Source of the DNA: a phage | Direction: 5' to 3' (one strand) | DNA: 45,774 bases | Sequence record: PZ349761.1 | Shown here: positions 1 to 7,164 of the stretch, piece after piece | Layout: each line of letters opens with the position of its first letter | Position numbering within the stretch: position 1 is the first letter of the stretch | The notes under the pieces: generated by a model | The model's database searches: none | What the model was told of the DNA's origin: nothing | What the model saw: only the letters and a program-made list of their open reading frames with translations | Made by a program: the position numbers and the translations under genes

Positions 1-480
1 CCATACAAGTTGATTTTGATTCTGGCTGGGATCGTTTTGCGCATACGCGTTATAAAAGTTATGCCGTGTGGATGAAATCACCCTCCGCAGGAATCGCGTA
101 CGTCTATAACGCAGAATTACGCAATGGTTACATAATAATATCTATATATATCAACCATTTAGTAATATTATTATTATTATTATTATATACGTGTATATAG
201 TGTAGATAGTGGATATTGGATATTGCGATAGTTTTCTATGATTTTTTCCTACACTTGTAGGAATGGTATTACATTGTAGGAATAAATAGGCATATATGGC
301 CCAATTCACCATGAAAGCTGGTGTACAAGCTGTACACGATTTTACATTGAGCTATATCTGGGGTTTGGAGCTGAAAAGCGTAAATAAATTGAATACAACC
401 ATAAATAACACTTGATAACATGTAACCTCAATGATATTATGCACCCATCTTAACGAGAGCAACCAATCAGGAGTATATCT
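1..480. repeat. AT-rich noncoding control region with (TTA)6 microsatellite (167-187), iteron-like short repeats (190-235), CCTACA-ct-TGTAGG palindrome (250-263) and ACGCGT-core palindromes (45-50, 95-100)
   Basis: No credible ORF; about 90 bp (115-200) is a direct repeat of 27207-27295. Confidence 0.6.
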
Positions 481-1002
481 ATGTCAAATCGCATTCAACC
501 AGTAAGCCTTGGTGATGTTATCCGCTACATGGCTAAGCAGGCACTTAAGGCCGACAACAGGACTTTTCATGTTCCAATAAATCTTATAGCTCGCCAGGTT
601 TACGGGCTAACGTCTGATGATATGGGCCGAATCAGCGCTGAAGATCTCGAGGCTGGCGGCAAATACAGTTTGGCAAAGTTGAAGGCTTCATATGTCTCTA
701 ACACAGTTGCCAGGATGTCAGAGATTCAGGAGGCGAACGTTCGGGCTAAGCTGTCAATCAAGGACGGCGACTTCGGTGATGATGTTGACGTTCGATGCGC
801 ATACATCACATTGGTTGATGGGGCAATACAGACAGGAAAGAGAGTTAAGGCCAATAATCAGGTTGCTGAGAATGCGGTGAGCGACTTCAAGGATAGAATC
901 CTTAAGCTAATGCCATCAGTTACTGATCTTGAAGGTGATGAGATTACAGGAGCCATCAAGGCAATCAAGATGTACCAGGAAATGATTAAGGAGGCAAAAT
1001 AA
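481..1002 (+). CDS. hypothetical protein (173 aa)
   Basis: Complete ORF directly after the control region; stop overlaps next start; no recognisable motif. Confidence 0.5.
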   Translation: MSNRIQPVSLGDVIRYMAKQALKADNRTFHVPINLIARQVYGLTSDDMGRISAEDLEAGGKYSLAKLKASYVSNTVARMSEIQEANVRAKLSIKDGDFGDDVDVRCAYITLVDGAIQTGKRVKANNQVAENAVSDFKDRILKLMPSVTDLEGDEITGAIKAIKMYQEMIKEAK

Positions 1003-1532
1003 TGGGGATGTTTGATTTTAACGAAGATAAGCTGACTAATGATGAGATTATGAAGATTTCCATGCGGGATGGACTTCCTCCGCTACGGGTTGCGATCAAT
1101 GCTAATGGATATCGGCAAACTCAACGCCTCTGGGGCAAGCCTGACGCGTCAGAGGTATACATAGATGAAGCGAAGGGCGTTCTGATTAAGCTGATCAGGA
1201 AAATGGCAATGAACGGAAATGGAGTATTGGGGGTGAGGTCTTTATACGAAACCGCACGAAAAGTTAAGCCATTTGAGGGTCGTAATGGAATCATGGTGCG
1301 CATTAAGGACGAGCTCATCCCAGCTCTAGAGGAAATGAATCTAGTTTGCCTCATTGGCGATAAAATTTATGTCCACCCGGCAATCATTGATGAGTATTGG
1401 CAGCCTAACTTCAAAACTTACGAAGGTGAACATGCTAGTAGACTACCATACCACTTGCGGTACAGCGAGGAAGAGGTTGAGGTGGCAATTGAGTTCTATA
1501 GGAAAGCTAAATCACTACTGAATGGTAAATAG
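1002..1532 (+). CDS. truncated paralogue of the 527-aa P-loop protein (N- and C-terminal segments only, ATPase core missing)
   Basis: N-terminus MFDFNEDKL..LPPLRVAINANGYRQ and C-terminal block G..RSLYE.ARKVKPFE..IKD..CLIGDK.Y..P match 42117-43700 (-) but the central ~370 aa with the Walker A motif are absent. Confidence 0.6.
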   Translation: MGMFDFNEDKLTNDEIMKISMRDGLPPLRVAINANGYRQTQRLWGKPDASEVYIDEAKGVLIKLIRKMAMNGNGVLGVRSLYETARKVKPFEGRNGIMVRIKDELIPALEEMNLVCLIGDKIYVHPAIIDEYWQPNFKTYEGEHASRLPYHLRYSEEEVEVAIEFYRKAKSLLNGK

Positions 1533-1546
1533 CACTTTTTGCCTAA
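1529..1546 (+). promoter_or_regulatory. conserved palindromic box (ATAGCACtttttGCCTAA) of promoter cassette
   Basis: TAG stop of 1002-1532 lies inside box; CATAAT at 1567-1572; CATCGAAACGAG at 1578-1589; ATG 1611. Confidence 0.6.
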
Positions 1547-1610
1547 CGCGGTAATGCCATGGATGGCATAATAGCCTCATCGAAACGAGATACGTAAATG
1601 AGGATTTAAA

Positions 1611-1829
1611 ATGAGCAAGGCAATCACACTGCAATGCCTTAAGACAAATAACCCAGAGTTCTTAAAAGGTCACAAATATGTAGCAACTCTGGTAGACGGT
1701 AAAACGTGGGCAGTTAAGGGGGGATTCCAGGATTACAAATTCCCACTCGAGCACATTCCTGGTGGAAATCTTGGTTTTGTTAGTAGCTGCCGCTCGGTTA
1801 AGTTCGTGTTTGAAGTGGTAATGAAATAG
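1611..1829 (+). CDS. hypothetical small protein (72 aa)
   Basis: ORF preceded by cassette promoter and RBS; stop TAG inside next box. Confidence 0.55.
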   Translation: MSKAITLQCLKTNNPEFLKGHKYVATLVDGKTWAVKGGFQDYKFPLEHIPGGNLGFVSSCRSVKFVFEVVMK

Positions 1830-1843
1830 CACGAATTGCTAAA
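1826..1843 (+). promoter_or_regulatory. conserved palindromic box ATAGCACgaattGCTAAA
   Basis: Overlaps TAG stop of 1611-1829; 22-nt spacer, TACGAT, CATCGACAACAACGAGG leader. Confidence 0.6.
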
Positions 1844-1893
1844 CAATGGATCGGGTAGTCGGCTACGATTACCCCATCGACAACAACGAGGAA

Positions 1894-2133
1894 ATGAAGA
1901 TGGAAAACAATTACGAAATGAAAACAGATCGCAAGCTCTTTAAAGACATGGAAGGCGACGACTGCTGGATTGACACGATGACAAATTTCGGAGATGTCAC
2001 TGTCGAGATTGTAATTGACGATGACTCTGGAACCTTTCCCGTGCAAGATGCGGATACCGTACGCGCAATGGGTGAGCACTTAATCAAGATGGCTGACTAC
2101 ATGGAGAGCCAGGGGAAATTAGCTGTAAATTAA
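1894..2133 (+). CDS. hypothetical small protein (MKMEN family, copy 1)
   Basis: Start moved from 1846 to in-frame ATG 1894 because 1846-1893 is occupied by the promoter cassette; N-terminus MKMEN and upstream ACAACGAGGAAATGAAGATGGAAAA duplicated at 2150-2180. Confidence 0.5.
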   Translation: MKMENNYEMKTDRKLFKDMEGDDCWIDTMTNFGDVTVEIVIDDDSGTFPVQDADTVRAMGEHLIKMADYMESQGKLAVN

Positions 2134-2165
2134 TCAAGATTCGCATTATCAATAACAACGAGGAA

Positions 2166-2375
2166 ATGAAGATGGAAAATATTCGTATTGAAGATGTTCA
2201 CTTTGACCAAGCTGAGGTCGGAATCACAAAAAGCGCTCGCGGAGACGTTGTATATCTGGACTTTAATCCGGATGACTACGGGGACGGCCAGATGCTGATG
2301 CACTACAGTCCTGATAAGGCGCGCAAATTGGCGGCAGCATTAATCCTGGCGGCGGACGAGGTGGAGAAGCAATGA
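2166..2375 (+). CDS. hypothetical small protein (MKMEN family, copy 2)
   Basis: Same leader and N-terminus as 1894 gene; tandem paralogue. Confidence 0.5.
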   Translation: MKMENIRIEDVHFDQAEVGITKSARGDVVYLDFNPDDYGDGQMLMHYSPDKARKLAAALILAADEVEKQ

Positions 2376-2632
2376 AACGTTTAATGAAATGCATGACCAT
2401 TATTGCGGCAATGATTGCTCTTACTGGTTGCGAGAAGGCACCAGAGGTTCAGATTCAGTCAGGTGAATTCAATGTGGAGCGTCTATTCACAGTGGATGGA
2501 TGTACCGCCTACAGATTCCGAGATAGCGATAGAGCCATCTACTACACAAATTGCAATGGCAGTACGCAGAGTGAGTACAGGCACGGCAGGGCCATGAAAC
2601 AAGAAACAGTTCAGACAGATCGCACGAATTGA
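2372..2632 (+). CDS. small lipoprotein (signal peptide with lipobox LTGC); possible superinfection-exclusion type protein
   Basis: N-terminus MKRLMKCMTIIAAMIALTGC is a classic lipoprotein signal; 4-nt overlap with upstream gene. Confidence 0.5.
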   Translation: MKRLMKCMTIIAAMIALTGCEKAPEVQIQSGEFNVERLFTVDGCTAYRFRDSDRAIYYTNCNGSTQSEYRHGRAMKQETVQTDRTN

Positions 2633-2815
2633 TAAAGGGGGATTCATCCTGACTGGTATAATCGCCAGCATCAACCACATGAATGGAAGTTAAGTGACGA
2701 TATACGAACATAAATTCAGTAGCAGGGGTATTGATATGCTCCTGCACTATGTAGACGAAAAATACGCAAAGCTCATGCTTAAGACGCATGGCGGCACAAT
2801 AACGAGGGTTGAGAT

Positions 2816-3145
2816 ATGAGTAAGTACGATCGTGAAATTATTGGAATTGATGGCACGGTAACAACAGTAGATGTTTATCGTGTTCTTGATGCGTTTGGCG
2901 TATCTGACCCGGCAACTCAGCACGCAATCAAGAAGCTATTGTGTCTTGGGCTTCGTGGCCACAAGGATTACCTTACCGACCTCAACGACTCGATTGATTC
3001 ATTACAGAAAGCTAAGGAGCTTTACGGGCAGAAGATGATTCATGAATCCGATAAAATCACTGATTCAATTTTAAATCCACCAAAAGAAGCGAGATTTAGT
3101 ACTGCTAATGGTTCAGAATTCACTTTCGGAAAGGTTAGAGTCTAA
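2816..3145 (+). CDS. hypothetical protein (109 aa)
   Basis: ORF with RBS GAGATATGAG context; stop TAA immediately followed by box. Confidence 0.55.
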   Translation: MSKYDREIIGIDGTVTTVDVYRVLDAFGVSDPATQHAIKKLLCLGLRGHKDYLTDLNDSIDSLQKAKELYGQKMIHESDKITDSILNPPKEARFSTANGSEFTFGKVRV

Positions 3146-3163
3146 ATAGCACGAATTGCTAAA
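3146..3163 (+). promoter_or_regulatory. conserved palindromic box ATAGCACgaattGCTAAA
   Basis: Directly after TAA stop; followed by terminator-like hairpin CCCGC-tcct-GCGGG-TTTT (3164-3180), TATAGT 3184-3189, leader CACCAATCGAGAGG. Confidence 0.6.
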
Positions 3164-3307
3164 CCCGCTCCTGCGGGTTTTGTTATAGTTAGTTCACACC
3201 AATCGAGAGGAAATGGAAATGAAGCAATACCCATCTAGCAATCACCATAACGGTCACATCATGCAGTTCTATCGCCACAATCTGAAGACGAAAGGAGTAT
3301 TTGGAAA

Positions 3308-3499
3308 ATGATTACAATTAACCTTTCAGAAGAAATGGCTGCTGACCTTATTGATTCACTAAGCCTGGTTAAAATTCGATACGGAACTTACCACATGAGC
3401 GAATCAGTAAAGGAAGTGGTAAAGCAAGTTAAGCAGCAGGTCGGAGCTGCCAAAATTGAATTGCAGAACACCCCGTGCGATTTTAATAAAGGTGAATAA
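3308..3499 (+). CDS. hypothetical small protein (MITINLS family, copy 1)
   Basis: ORF; N-terminus MITINLSEE shared with next gene. Confidence 0.5.
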   Translation: MITINLSEEMAADLIDSLSLVKIRYGTYHMSESVKEVVKQVKQQVGAAKIELQNTPCDFNKGE

Positions 3500-3500
3500 G

Positions 3501-3728
3501 ATGATTACGATTAACCTGTCAGACAAGCAAGCGGCAGAACTCAAGTCCATGATGAACTCTTTCATGCCAACGCGCTGCGACGGTCAGCGTAATGTGGTAG
3601 ATGAGGTTAGAGACCAAATCAACAATCAGCAATTTGACGTATCAGACTTCGAGTCGTCACGGCAGTACGAAGCATTAAGCGTCAACGCTGCATACCTTAC
3701 TAACTGGGATAAGGCGACAAAGAAATGA
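3501..3728 (+). CDS. hypothetical small protein (MITINLS family, copy 2)
   Basis: In-frame ATG at 3501 right after stop of copy 1; N-terminus MITINLSDKQ. Confidence 0.5.
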   Translation: MITINLSDKQAAELKSMMNSFMPTRCDGQRNVVDEVRDQINNQQFDVSDFESSRQYEALSVNAAYLTNWDKATKK

Positions 3729-3898
3729 AGCTTGACAAAGAGGTATTAAGAGATAATTTCATAGCTCACGGAATTGATGATGAAGAGTTCCTAAATTGGT
3801 TCCTTGATAAAAAAGCCGATGAGCTTGGTTTGTACTGGTTCTCAACTGGCGCGACAATGTACGAGGCATGGATGGCAGCAATGGAGACTAAGAAATGA
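3725..3898 (+). CDS. hypothetical small protein (57 aa)
   Basis: Short ORF below track cutoff, read by eye; start overlaps upstream stop (ATGA); fits same-strand gene packing better than antisense ORF 3766-4035. Confidence 0.3.
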   Translation: MKLDKEVLRDNFIAHGIDDEEFLNWFLDKKADELGLYWFSTGATMYEAWMAAMETKK

Positions 3899-4032
3899 TT
3901 TACGTTCATACGTATTACACTGGCAAGTTTAACAGCGTTAAGCATGTACGTGTTCACGATACCTACGAGAGCGCAAAGGCTCAATGGTTGGTTCTTGGTG
4001 GTGATATTAATTATTATAAACTTGTTGAATAG
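3895..4032 (+). CDS. hypothetical small protein (45 aa)
   Basis: Short ORF with ATGA overlap; ends in TAG inside box at 4029. Confidence 0.3.
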   Translation: MIYVHTYYTGKFNSVKHVRVHDTYESAKAQWLVLGGDINYYKLVE

Positions 4033-4046
4033 CACTAATTGCTAAA
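4029..4046 (+). promoter_or_regulatory. conserved palindromic box ATAGCACtaattGCTAAA
   Basis: 22-nt spacer with hairpin GGGGTAA..TTACCCC, TATAGT 4067-4072, CATCGAAACGA 4078-4088, ATG 4103. Confidence 0.6.
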
Positions 4047-4102
4047 ACAGTACCGGGGTAATTTGTTATAGTTACCCCATCGAAACGAACGAGGAAGAAG
4101 AA

Positions 4103-4315
4103 ATGAAAATTGAAATTATCTACGTAGACTACAAGACAGAGACTGACATTCTCACACTGCGTGACTGTGGTTTCCAGGTTGGAGATGTAGTTGAAGTATC
4201 TGGCCTATACAAAGGAGGGGATCTTTCAATTCAAGCTATCCGTGAAACCGAGCTTGTGAATGTCGGGGATGAGATCAGTATTAGCGAGCATGAATACAAG
4301 GTGGTGGAAGAATGA
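4103..4315 (+). CDS. hypothetical small protein (70 aa)
   Basis: ORF with cassette promoter and RBS GAGGAAG. Confidence 0.5.
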   Translation: MKIEIIYVDYKTETDILTLRDCGFQVGDVVEVSGLYKGGDLSIQAIRETELVNVGDEISISEHEYKVVEE

Positions 4316-4491
4316 GATTTCAACAATCAGAGCCTAAACTCCAGATTAACCACTTCGACGGCTACGCAACATTCATCATTGCCCAGGCGTGCGGTATGCG
4401 AGACGAACCCCAGGTTCACACAATCCATATGACAGAAGAGCAGGCTCGAGAGTTGGCTTATGAAATTCTTGAGCAATTGAACCTAATTTAA
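4312..4491 (+). CDS. hypothetical small protein (59 aa)
   Basis: ATGA overlap with upstream gene; read by eye. Confidence 0.35.
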   Translation: MRFQQSEPKLQINHFDGYATFIIAQACGMRDEPQVHTIHMTEEQARELAYEILEQLNLI

Positions 4492-4542
4492 CGTGCCTAA
4501 AACGCATTCTAACGAACTATAATTTAAGTAAGGTGATTCATC

Positions 4543-4674
4543 ATGGTAGCGAAAGAAAGCCCCGCAGAGTGGTGTAAGCGAATGCAAGACGAAGCTAAAA
4601 CGGGCGAAGAGGCGATGGCTTACTACGAGCTTGCAAAAATTTGGATGGAACGGGAGAAAAAGAGAAATGACTAA
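4543..4674 (+). CDS. hypothetical small protein (43 aa)
   Basis: Short ORF with RBS AAGGTG upstream; read by eye. Confidence 0.3.
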   Translation: MVAKESPAEWCKRMQDEAKTGEEAMAYYELAKIWMEREKKRND

Positions 4675-4819
4675 CACTTGTGTATTTTTTTATGATGGTG
4701 AATTTATTGATGACTTAATCTACTTCAATGAAAAGTATGGCGACACATTCGAATGCGACGGTGACAATCTCGAGGTTCTAGCGACATTCAATAGGGGTGG
4801 CAAAAATGAGTTTCACTGA
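4667..4819 (+). CDS. hypothetical small protein (50 aa)
   Basis: In-frame ATG within track ORF 4631-4819, overlapping upstream stop. Confidence 0.4.
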   Translation: MTNTCVFFYDGEFIDDLIYFNEKYGDTFECDGDNLEVLATFNRGGKNEFH

Positions 4820-4949
4820 ATATGTTATCGCATGTGAACGACTGGTCTTTGATATGAAGACTTTTCACTGGTTCATAATTAAGGATTTAATAAAGCCTTA
4901 TAAGCAAGGCGTTACGCCAGAGACGTTTGTTGAGTCATTCTACAAATAG
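4806..4949 (+). CDS. hypothetical small protein (47 aa)
   Basis: Short ORF ending in TAG inside box at 4946. Confidence 0.3.
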   Translation: MSFTEYVIACERLVFDMKTFHWFIIKDLIKPYKQGVTPETFVESFYK

Positions 4950-4963
4950 CACTAAAAGCTAAA
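4946..4963 (+). promoter_or_regulatory. conserved box variant ATAGCACtaaaaGCTAAA
   Basis: 22-nt spacer, TATAAT 4984-4989, leader CTATCAATACAACGAGAGAG, ATG 5023. Confidence 0.55.
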
Positions 4964-5022
4964 CGCAGTCGCCACGGATGGCATATAATTACCCTATCAA
5001 TACAACGAGAGAGATAAAGCAA

Positions 5023-5220
5023 ATGAACAAAAAATCAAATAAAGTTACCAAAGTTAAATCACATATCGCAGAAAATAATTATGAGGAGCCTTTGGATTTA
5101 GGTTTCAATTCAAGAAAAGTGGTTGTTAACGGAATCATGGGTTTTCATTCTCGCTGCGTTATAGCTAAACCAGTTATTGGCTTTGAGTCTCGATGCGTCT
5201 TTGTTGGTGGGGTCTTATAA
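5023..5220 (+). CDS. hypothetical small protein (65 aa)
   Basis: In-frame ATG downstream of cassette inside track ORF 4978-5220. Confidence 0.45.
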   Translation: MNKKSNKVTKVKSHIAENNYEEPLDLGFNSRKVVVNGIMGFHSRCVIAKPVIGFESRCVFVGGVL

Positions 5221-5459
5221 TGTTCGGATTATCAGAAGCACACTTTAACGCAGTTAAACGTCAGGCTGCAAAGTTGAACGAAGAGTACAGCAAGTTATCG
5301 CCAAAGCAGCGTAAGGACGATAAGCAGGTCGCGGCATTGATTTCAAAGATGTGGGAGCCAGTTTTCACAATCATCAGTCGAGATCGCTTTGTTTGGACTA
5401 GCGGTTATCTTAAGGGTCGCGTTGGTCACGACGAGAATGGGAATAGCCTTTATGAGTGA
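5220..5459 (+). CDS. hypothetical protein (about 80 aa)
   Basis: ATG overlapping upstream TAA (TAATG) inside track ORF 5193-5459. Confidence 0.45.
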   Translation: MFGLSEAHFNAVKRQAAKLNEEYSKLSPKQRKDDKQVAALISKMWEPVFTIISRDRFVWTSGYLKGRVGHDENGNSLYE

Positions 5460-5516
5460 GTTAACAATCTGGTTTATCGCAGGTATGATTACTTGGGCTT
5501 ACTTTATGGTGGCAGC

Positions 5517-5741
5517 ATGAGAACATTGAGGCAGATTTTACACGGCTGCAAGAAGCATCACTACGTTTACTATCGTGATATTAAATGGTTCGAGGAGGCT
5601 CATTGCAAAGGTGGTTACAAGACGAAGTTGATATGTAAGAAATGCAGGCACGTGACCAACAGCAAGGTTGATATGATGATTTGCCGTAGCACTCTTGATT
5701 ATATGCGTTACGGGCTCATAAAACCGCCAGTTAAGCCTTAA
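5517..5741 (+). CDS. small Cys/His-rich protein, possible zinc-ribbon
   Basis: CKKHH..HCKGG..CKKCRH..C pattern; in-frame ATG inside track ORF 5493-5741. Confidence 0.4.
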   Translation: MRTLRQILHGCKKHHYVYYRDIKWFEEAHCKGGYKTKLICKKCRHVTNSKVDMMICRSTLDYMRYGLIKPPVKP

Positions 5742-5950
5742 TTGTTAAAAATAGCTTGCACCACTGACCGGAATTATCTAATATTAACCACGTAGACAAA
5801 CGAGCCATCCAAGATGGAACGGCGCACGGAGTGCAACTACTAAGTCCGTTGCTCATTAAGTAGCGCATGCGGCATTAAGACCTAGCGCAAATAGGCAGAT
5901 TAACCGGCTGTATCAGGCAGCCCCGGAGCCGTAACCGGGACTCATTCAAG

Positions 5951-6028
5951 GCTCCGCTAGCTCAATTGGACAGAAGCAACGACCTTCTAAGTCGCAGGTT
6001 ACTGGTTCGAATCCAGTGCGGAGCGCCA
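5951..6028 (+). tRNA. tRNA-Arg (anticodon UCU), CCA encoded
   Basis: Cloverleaf read by eye: 7-bp acceptor GCTCCGC/GCGGAGC, T8, anticodon loop CTTCTAA with TCT at 5986-5988, T-arm ACTGG-TTCGAAT-CCAGT, discriminator G, CCA 6026-6028. Confidence 0.8.
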
Positions 6029-6055
6029 AACTTAACCAATAATCCTGGGGGATTT

Positions 6056-6268
6056 ATGAAGAAAGTAACAATAATTGTAAAGGATATTGAAAGCGGCACA
6101 AGTCAGAAGTTCAATGCCACACTTGATCTAGAGCATAAATGCTTAAAAGGTGTAATTGGCGGTGTGTCTGTTAGCGCAGATATTAATGCATATCTTGAAA
6201 TGGACCGTAAGGTATCAGAATTTAGCAAGCAGAAAGCGAAAATTAAAAATGCAATTATGGGACGTTAA
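6056..6268 (+). CDS. hypothetical small protein (70 aa)
   Basis: In-frame ATG with RBS GGGGGA just after tRNA, inside track ORF 5966-6268. Confidence 0.45.
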   Translation: MKKVTIIVKDIESGTSQKFNATLDLEHKCLKGVIGGVSVSADINAYLEMDRKVSEFSKQKAKIKNAIMGR

Positions 6269-6437
6269 ACTTTCTATCAGATTAATGGGCCGCTCGTGCA
6301 AGAGCTGCACCCAAGATTATGTAGCGTCAGTTGCCGCAATCAGCGCTGAGGATGCGGTAGCGAAAGTAAAGGAGATGTCAGGCGCTGACCCTGACACTCA
6401 CAAATTCCTGGTAGCTTACGTTCGTGAGCGAAAGTAA
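6249..6437 (+). CDS. hypothetical small protein (62 aa)
   Basis: In-frame ATG inside track ORF 6156-6437. Confidence 0.4.
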   Translation: MQLWDVKLSIRLMGRSCKSCTQDYVASVAAISAEDAVAKVKEMSGADPDTHKFLVAYVRERK

Positions 6438-6481
6438 AAAGTGTTATACCCTCGTTAAGTTTCGTTTCTCTCGTTGTTTTT

Positions 6482-6505
6482 AGCCCTCGCTTGAGGGCTT
6501 TTTTT
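6482..6505 (+). terminator. rho-independent terminator
   Basis: AGCCCTC-gctt-GAGGGCT hairpin followed by T6. Confidence 0.7.
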
Positions 6506-6548
6506 CGTCTGTAATATGGTATAATCTGACATCAACAAAGGAGGATTT

Positions 6549-7055
6549 ATGAGCAAAGCGGCATTAAAGATGGGTGAGGGAAATTTCAAGGCGCTCTACA
6601 ACAAGAAGTATGGCGATATTGCTATGGTGGCAATTAACCGCAAGTACACGCCTGAGGAAGTTTTTGATTTCGCTGTTCGATACTTCTCATGGGCAGAGAG
6701 TGAGGCAATCAAAGCTACTGAGACAGCAGCATTCCAGGGCGTGGTTAGCGAAAGTCTGGTGCACAAGCCTCGAGTGTTCACATTAACTGGCCTGGCGCTC
6801 TTCATGGGTGTTAACATCAATAGATTCGCTAAATGGCGCACTGAGGCTGGGTACTCTGATGTGATGGAATTCATTGATAACGTAATCTACGAGCAGAAGT
6901 ATCAGCTTGGCGTTGCAGGTATTATCAACTCCACAATCGTTGGTAAAGAGCTAGGCATTGATAAGCCGCAGGAGATTAAGATTAGCAACAACTCCACAGC
7001 TAACGACGTTGATAGCATGAAGGAAGCTCTGGAATCTGTGATTAGTAAGCTATAA
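6549..7055 (+). CDS. putative terminase small subunit
   Basis: 168-aa gene immediately upstream of large terminase, first gene of late block after terminator and extended -10 TGgTATAAT; assignment by position and size only. Confidence 0.5.
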   Translation: MSKAALKMGEGNFKALYNKKYGDIAMVAINRKYTPEEVFDFAVRYFSWAESEAIKATETAAFQGVVSESLVHKPRVFTLTGLALFMGVNINRFAKWRTEAGYSDVMEFIDNVIYEQKYQLGVAGIINSTIVGKELGIDKPQEIKISNNSTANDVDSMKEALESVISKL

Positions 7056-7164
7056 CAATAAGAGGGTATAACATGGTTATTTGCACATTTCTTGGTTGGT
7101 GGATGATGACCAGGAATCTTAACGCAGGACTGCTATATATAGTTATTAATATGGGGGTTTCTCA

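Noticed and set aside
167-187. (TTA)n tandem repeats as a CRISPR array or minisatellite element
   Set aside because: Unit is only 3 bp with no spacers; it is a microsatellite within a regulatory region.
1529-1546. Possible sigma54 promoter (box resembles TGGCACG-N4-TTGC)
   Set aside because: The GG of the -24 element is replaced by AG and the spacing between elements is 2 nt too short; the downstream -10-like hexamer and leader fit a sigma70-type start better.
3766-4035. Minus-strand ORF (89 aa) in the early region
   Set aside because: Antisense to two short plus-strand ORFs that show start/stop overlaps and end in the box stop codon like neighbouring genes; no minus-strand promoter or RBS seen.
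5742-5950. Second tRNA or structured ncRNA upstream of tRNA-Arg
   Set aside because: No cloverleaf with a T-loop GGTTCGAATCC-type motif could be folded by eye; left as unexplained noncoding sequence.
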